This document shows positions 27,916 through 32,000 of a DNA stretch of 32,000 nucleotides, piece after piece. The notes beneath the pieces are model-generated. The model was not told where the DNA came from, did no database searches, and worked only from the letters and a program-made list of their open reading frames with translations. Position numbers and translations under genes: made by a program. How positions within the stretch are numbered: position 1 is the stretch's first letter; the number at the start of each line of letters is the position of its first letter. Source of the DNA: a cyanobacterium endosymbiont of Braarudosphaera bigelowii (GTDB taxonomy: Bacteria; Cyanobacteriota; Cyanobacteriia; Cyanobacteriales; Microcystaceae); NCBI RefSeq assembly GCF_020885515.1, contig NZ_AP024987.1, positions 300,001 to 332,000 of the forward strand, given 5' to 3'.

Positions 27916-29397
27916 ATGAAATCGCTTGAAGCAGAAGTTCATACGTCTCTAAAAGAATTTTTAAAACAATATCGGAAACCTTTTTGGATTCATAATTTAA
28001 CAATGGCTCGATTGGTTTCGTATGTTCTACGCCTTCATCGTTCTGCTATTATTCAAACTAGTAGTTCTATTTCTTATTATGGTTTAAGTTATTTATTGCC
28101 ATCTTTATTGTTCAATAAACCAATCTTACTGGTTGCGCCCTTAAGTACTCAACATAGATTAAAAAGACAAGCAATACCTTATCTACAACAATGGTTAAAA
28201 CAACAAAATATTATTTTCAATGGAACATGTAAAAAAGAACTAAATAGCTTTCAAGGACTACTAATTGTATCTCCATATATCTGGTTACATAATTATTTTA
28301 GAAAACGAAAATACTTACTTACAGATGCCTTAACTTTAGTTGATAAAGCTGATTATTTAGAACAATGGGCAAGAGATTATCTAACAGTAACTATTACACC
28401 AAGAAACTGGGAAGAATTACAAGATAATTATTCATACTTTAATACTTTGATTTATAAAGTTAAATCTTTTCTTGAATATTCTATTTTTAATTATCCTGAT
28501 AATCCTTATCAACAGTATCTATTAAGTTTAGAAGAAAAAAAAAGTCTACGAACTCTTTGTAAAACTATTCCTCAAGATAATTTTTTAAATCTTGTTGAAA
28601 AAAAGATTTTAGATAATAATTACTTTTTATGGGCATCGGTAAATCGTAAAAGCAAAACCTTTTTGATTCATCTGAGTCCTCTTGATCTTTCCTCCATTTT
28701 GGCTCCATTATTTAATAGTTCTACCACAATTTTTATTGGAAAAATTCTAGATCATAATAAATCTGCTTTTACATACAAAAAAAATATTGGCATTAAAGAA
28801 AAACTTTTGTGCTTAAAGCTTTCTCAACATCGACTAGATAGCATGGTCGATTTGCATATTTATGATCGCTTACCAATGCCTAATACATCAATTTTCCAGG
28901 AAACCTTAACATCGTATATAAGAAAAATTATTTATGCCGGTCATTATCAGTTAAAACCTATTTTTATTCTTATTGATGACATTTCTCTTAAGAAAAAGGT
29001 TGCAATTTCTTTATCTTCAGAACTTGGTTCAAATATAAAAATAGAAAAGATCAAAATCCAAAGTAATCATATATTAATTAGTAATTGGAAGTTTTGGAAA
29101 AATAATCAAGATAAGCTACCAGTACCTAAATTGTTAATTATTTCAACTTTACCGTTTCCATCTTTAGAAAATCCTTTGGTCTCCTCAAAAGTTAATTATC
29201 ATAAAAAACGATATAAAGATTGGTTTTATTCTTATCTTTTACCGACTGCTTTACAGGAAATGCAACGTTCACTTATCTCACTTAGAGAATCTCAAGGAAC
29301 GATTACTTTATTAGATAATAGGATTAGCTATCGTAGCTATGGCAAAAGGCTTTTAGCTGCCCTTAAACCATATGTTAAAATCAGTTATATGAAGTAG
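27916..29397 (+). CDS. DinG/Rad3-like helicase homologue with degenerate catalytic motifs
   Basis: The collinear motifs are all substituted. Motif I region IIQTSSSISYYGLSYLLPSL versus EAxTGxGKTxxYLxPxL. Motif II VDKADYL versus DEAH. C-terminal LPFPSLENPL...LQEMQRSLISLRESQGTITLLDNRI versus LPF..P.dP...QxxGRxIR...D.G....lD.R. Confidence 0.6.
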   Translation: MKSLEAEVHTSLKEFLKQYRKPFWIHNLTMARLVSYVLRLHRSAIIQTSSSISYYGLSYLLPSLLFNKPILLVAPLSTQHRLKRQAIPYLQQWLKQQNIIFNGTCKKELNSFQGLLIVSPYIWLHNYFRKRKYLLTDALTLVDKADYLEQWARDYLTVTITPRNWEELQDNYSYFNTLIYKVKSFLEYSIFNYPDNPYQQYLLSLEEKKSLRTLCKTIPQDNFLNLVEKKILDNNYFLWASVNRKSKTFLIHLSPLDLSSILAPLFNSSTTIFIGKILDHNKSAFTYKKNIGIKEKLLCLKLSQHRLDSMVDLHIYDRLPMPNTSIFQETLTSYIRKIIYAGHYQLKPIFILIDDISLKKKVAISLSSELGSNIKIEKIKIQSNHILISNWKFWKNNQDKLPVPKLLIISTLPFPSLENPLVSSKVNYHKKRYKDWFYSYLLPTALQEMQRSLISLRESQGTITLLDNRISYRSYGKRLLAALKPYVKISYMK

Positions 29398-29428
29398 AAG
29401 TTATTAGATAATTAAATATGTTCGCCTT

Positions 29429-30850
29429 TTGTTTATACTGTATCTTGCACTATTAGGAGATAACTTCTTGTCAGAAATTTTAAAAACTCTCGTATATAGA
29501 TCACAAGAAAACTGGATAATAAGTCATAATTCTGAGAACTTTTATAAAATTACCAAAATTTATATAGATAGGTTTATAACAATAAAGAAAAATCAGAATA
29601 GTCCTAGAATTATCCTAATTCAAAATCAAGATAATCATATTAATTTTCTATCTGCATTTTTAGCAGCAATCATTACAAATTGTCATATTTTTTTATGTAG
29701 TAAAGAATGGCAAAGTAAAGAATGGATGGAAGTTTTAAATTTAATAGAACCACATCTTATACTAGGAAACAATTATTTAATTAATAATTATCCTGATCAT
29801 TCATACTGTAAAGTTAAAGTTCACAATTTTTATTTACCTAAAAGTAACTTGATCATGATTCCAACAGGTGGAACGTCAGGAAATATACGTTTTACAATTC
29901 ATACATGGGATACTTTATCTTCTTCAGTACGTGGTTTTGCAAAATTTTTTGAGTTGGAAAAAATTAATACTTTTTGCATATTACCCTTTTATCATGTCAG
30001 TGGGTTAATGCAATTTGTTCGTTCTTTCCTAGTTGGAGGACAAATTACTATATACTCTTATGATGAATTAAAAAACAATTTTATTCCGTCTCCTAACAAA
30101 AAAAATACTTTTATTTCGTTGGTTCCTACTCAATTCAAATTTTTACTAATAAATAATCTTCATTTTCTACGCAAATTTGCAACTATACTGTTAGGAGGAG
30201 GACCTTCTTGGGATTATTTATTAAAAGAAGCTCGAAAATATAAACTGAATTTATCACCAACTTATGGTATGACTGAAACAGCATCTCAGGTTGTTACTTT
30301 AAAGCCTCAAGATTTTTTAAAAGGTAACAATAGTCTTGGACAAGTTTTGCCTCATGTGAAAGTTAATATCAAGAGGGAAGACAGAACAGTTCAAATTAAG
30401 GCAGATTCATTATTCTATGGATATTATCCTAACTATATTCAGCAACAAAATTTTATTACTGATGATTTAGGATACTTTGATAATAAAAAGTATTTATATG
30501 TAATTGGAAGAAATAGTCAGAAAATCATTACAGGTGGAGAAAACGTTTTCCCATTAGAAATTGAAAACACTATCCTAAAAACTGAATTAGTGAACGATGT
30601 TTGTGTACTAGGTATTAATAATACCTTCTGGGGAGAAATTTTAGTGGCAGTATACGTTCCTAAAAATGATGATATTGATACCGAAAATATCAAACATTTA
30701 ATTAAGCTAAATTTAAGTGCTTATAAACAGCCTAAACATTGGATACGAATTAAATGCTTACCATATAGTGAACAGGGCAAATTAAATTATCAACTACTAA
30801 AAAAAATAGCTAAGAAACATATCTCCAATAAATTAATGCAGGGACTTTAA
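29429..30850 (+). CDS. menE: O-succinylbenzoate-CoA ligase (adenylate-forming enzyme, phylloquinone/menaquinone pathway)
   Basis: AMP-binding family motifs: IPTGGTSGNIRF (a variant of the A3 P-loop), YGMTET, ITGGENVFPLEIE and a C-terminal K. The start is uncertain: the track uses TTG 29429 and there is no in-frame ATG until codon 100. Confidence 0.7.
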   Translation: MFILYLALLGDNFLSEILKTLVYRSQENWIISHNSENFYKITKIYIDRFITIKKNQNSPRIILIQNQDNHINFLSAFLAAIITNCHIFLCSKEWQSKEWMEVLNLIEPHLILGNNYLINNYPDHSYCKVKVHNFYLPKSNLIMIPTGGTSGNIRFTIHTWDTLSSSVRGFAKFFELEKINTFCILPFYHVSGLMQFVRSFLVGGQITIYSYDELKNNFIPSPNKKNTFISLVPTQFKFLLINNLHFLRKFATILLGGGPSWDYLLKEARKYKLNLSPTYGMTETASQVVTLKPQDFLKGNNSLGQVLPHVKVNIKREDRTVQIKADSLFYGYYPNYIQQQNFITDDLGYFDNKKYLYVIGRNSQKIITGGENVFPLEIENTILKTELVNDVCVLGINNTFWGEILVAVYVPKNDDIDTENIKHLIKLNLSAYKQPKHWIRIKCLPYSEQGKLNYQLLKKIAKKHISNKLMQGL

Positions 30851-30902
30851 GAGTAGTTCCCTGCATTAATTGATGCACTAACAATTTTAAATATAATTAA
30901 AA

Positions 30903-31202
30903 TTAATAAAGTGTTTCTTCTTGGTGAGTCATGATAACGCAATCGGATGTAGGATAAGCAACACAAGTAAGAACAAACCCTGCTTCTATTTGATCATCAT
31001 CTAGAAAAGATTGATCAGATTGGTCAACACTTCCTGAAATCAATTTACCGGCACAAGTGGAACAAGCACCTGCTCTACAAGAAAAAGGAATTTCCAAGCC
31101 TTCTTCTTCAGCTACGTCTAGAATATATTCATCTTCTGGAACTTCCAGGGTAGAATTAATTCCTTCATCTTCATTAGTCAAAGTTACTTTATAAGTTGCC
31201 AT
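30903..31202 (-). CDS. petF: Plant-type [2Fe-2S] ferredoxin
   Basis: 99 aa, MATYKVTL..., cluster ligands [11 protein letters not shown]...LTC. GAGGAG Shine-Dalgarno upstream. Confidence 0.95.
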   Translation of the reverse strand: MATYKVTLTNEDEGINSTLEVPEDEYILDVAEEEGLEIPFSCRAGACSTCAGKLISGSVDQSDQSFLDDDQIEAGFVLTCVAYPTSDCVIMTHQEETLY

Positions 31203-31395
31203 GATTGTCTCCTCTTCTCAAGTGAAGAATATTTTATCTTGACAATAAAATTCAAATATATGAACTTTACTGATAAATATCTACTACCTTTGATACTAAG
31301 GGAAAAAACTCTCAAGTATAAGGAGGGATTAGTAATGAGATTCTCAAAGAAACTTCAAATAAGTTTTACTTATGTTTCCTCTTAAGTAAAAAATC

Positions 31396-31441
31396 AATAT
31401 TTACTACAAATATTTCGTAAGTTATATTTGTAGTAAATATT
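31396..31441 (-). terminator. Intrinsic terminator after the GH116 gene
   Basis: Perfect 18-bp stem AATATTTACTACAAATAT/ATATTTGTAGTAAATATT with a 10-nt loop, 29 nt after the stop at 31470. It is followed on the minus strand by GATTTTTT. Confidence 0.55.
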
Positions 31442-31469
31442 CGATTTAAATTCAATGCATAAGATAAAC

Positions 31470-32000
31470 TCAGTCTGTTAAGCTTGAAACTTTGTTAAGG
31501 GAGGTTGTTTCCTGAAGTTGATAATATACACTCCATATCGCCATAGCACGCAAATAATGGGATGCCCTAAAGGTTCCTGCTGGTGTAATTGCTTCAGGTG
31601 TTCGAAACTGAAGTCCATTTGAATATATTTGTTCGACTATAACTTTTGCTAATTTTAAAGCCTGATTTTTCATTCCCATTTGTATCAAGAAAGCTGATAA
31701 TCCAAAATTTATTCCTATCCAAACTTCTTGAGGATGAGTAGACTTAGGATTCTCTGGTGTACCATCAGGTTTTACACCGTTAGCAGCTCCATACTTTCCA
31801 TCATGAAAATTTAAAAAGCAAGCTTCATAAATTTTTGACAAAGCTAATGTTATGTAGGAAGCATCTACTACATCAGGTAACTTTAGTAAACGTGCGTAAA
31901 ATTGACCACAAAGCTGATCCGTCATGACTGTATCAGAACCACTTTTACTATCTAATTGATAGTACTCTCCATTCCACAAGGTGTGATGGTAAACCAAGCG
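31470..32000 (-). CDS. GH116 (GBA2-type) beta-glucosidase/glucosylceramidase, C-terminal part; the 5' end lies beyond the window
   Basis: MTDQLCGQFYARL..., GAANGVKPDG..., QEVWIGINFGLSAFLIQMG, LQFRTPEA and YLRAMAIWSVY match the catalytic (alpha/alpha)6 domain of the GBA2/GH116 family. The ORF is open to the window edge. Confidence 0.8.
   Translation of the reverse strand, partial: RLVYHHTLWNGEYYQLDSKSGSDTVMTDQLCGQFYARLLKLPDVVDASYITLALSKIYEACFLNFHDGKYGAANGVKPDGTPENPKSTHPQEVWIGINFGLSAFLIQMGMKNQALKLAKVIVEQIYSNGLQFRTPEAITPAGTFRASHYLRAMAIWSVYYQLQETTSLNKVSSLTD

Noticed and set aside
1-32000. CRISPR arrays, transposases/IS ends, integrases, prophage or defence-island genes, toxin-antitoxin pairs
   Set aside because: I saw no regularly spaced direct repeats beyond the two-copy repeats reported, no recognisable mobile-element or defence protein motifs in any frame, and no small paired ORFs. 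The window reads as core chromosome.

Overview
AT-rich cyanobacterial chromosomal segment (about 70% A+T by eye, higher in spacers; not computed). The proteins look like the Crocosphaera/Cyanothece type. The spacers are long and eroded, which suggests a genome-reduced symbiont or organelle-like lineage such as UCYN-A or a diatom spheroid body; this is inference only. I support 25 protein genes, all housekeeping: VOC/glyoxalase-like protein; ctaC-ctaD-ctaE cytochrome c oxidase operon (minus strand); 254-aa unknown protein; RlmD/RumA-type rRNA methyltransferase; RsbW-like HATPase; NAD-dependent sugar epimerase; class A beta-lactamase-like serine hydrolase; ndk; orphan ABC substrate-binding lipoprotein; PPC-domain secreted protein; cobS; AEC transporter; nrdB; M50 site-2 protease; clpB; group 2 sigma factor; DUF760-like protein; DUF2232-like membrane protein; 421-aa membrane protein with two wHTH-like modules; degenerate DinG-like protein; menE; petF; C-terminal part of a GH116 (GBA2-type) glucosidase. 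I found no transposase, integrase, CRISPR array, phage gene or recognisable defence gene, so I cannot support a novel multi-gene system. The strongest non-ORF signal is a tRNA-Arg(CCU) gene (12633-12961) split after the anticodon by a 255-nt Azoarcus/Anabaena-type group I intron, which carries an extra hairpin in J7/3. Other items worth checking: two identical 15-bp copies of a palindromic motif 30 bp apart upstream of cobS; two ~1.1-kb ORF-free spacers between divergent genes (nrdB/M50 and clpB/sigma) that contain perfect 20-22-bp hairpins; a window-wide set of long perfect AT-rich hairpins; an aromatic-rich 27-codon uORF built from a tandem 21-bp repeat and overlapping the SBP start; a 16-codon micro-ORF with a perfect Shine-Dalgarno sequence; and a DinG-like protein whose Walker A, DEAH and motif VI positions are all substituted.
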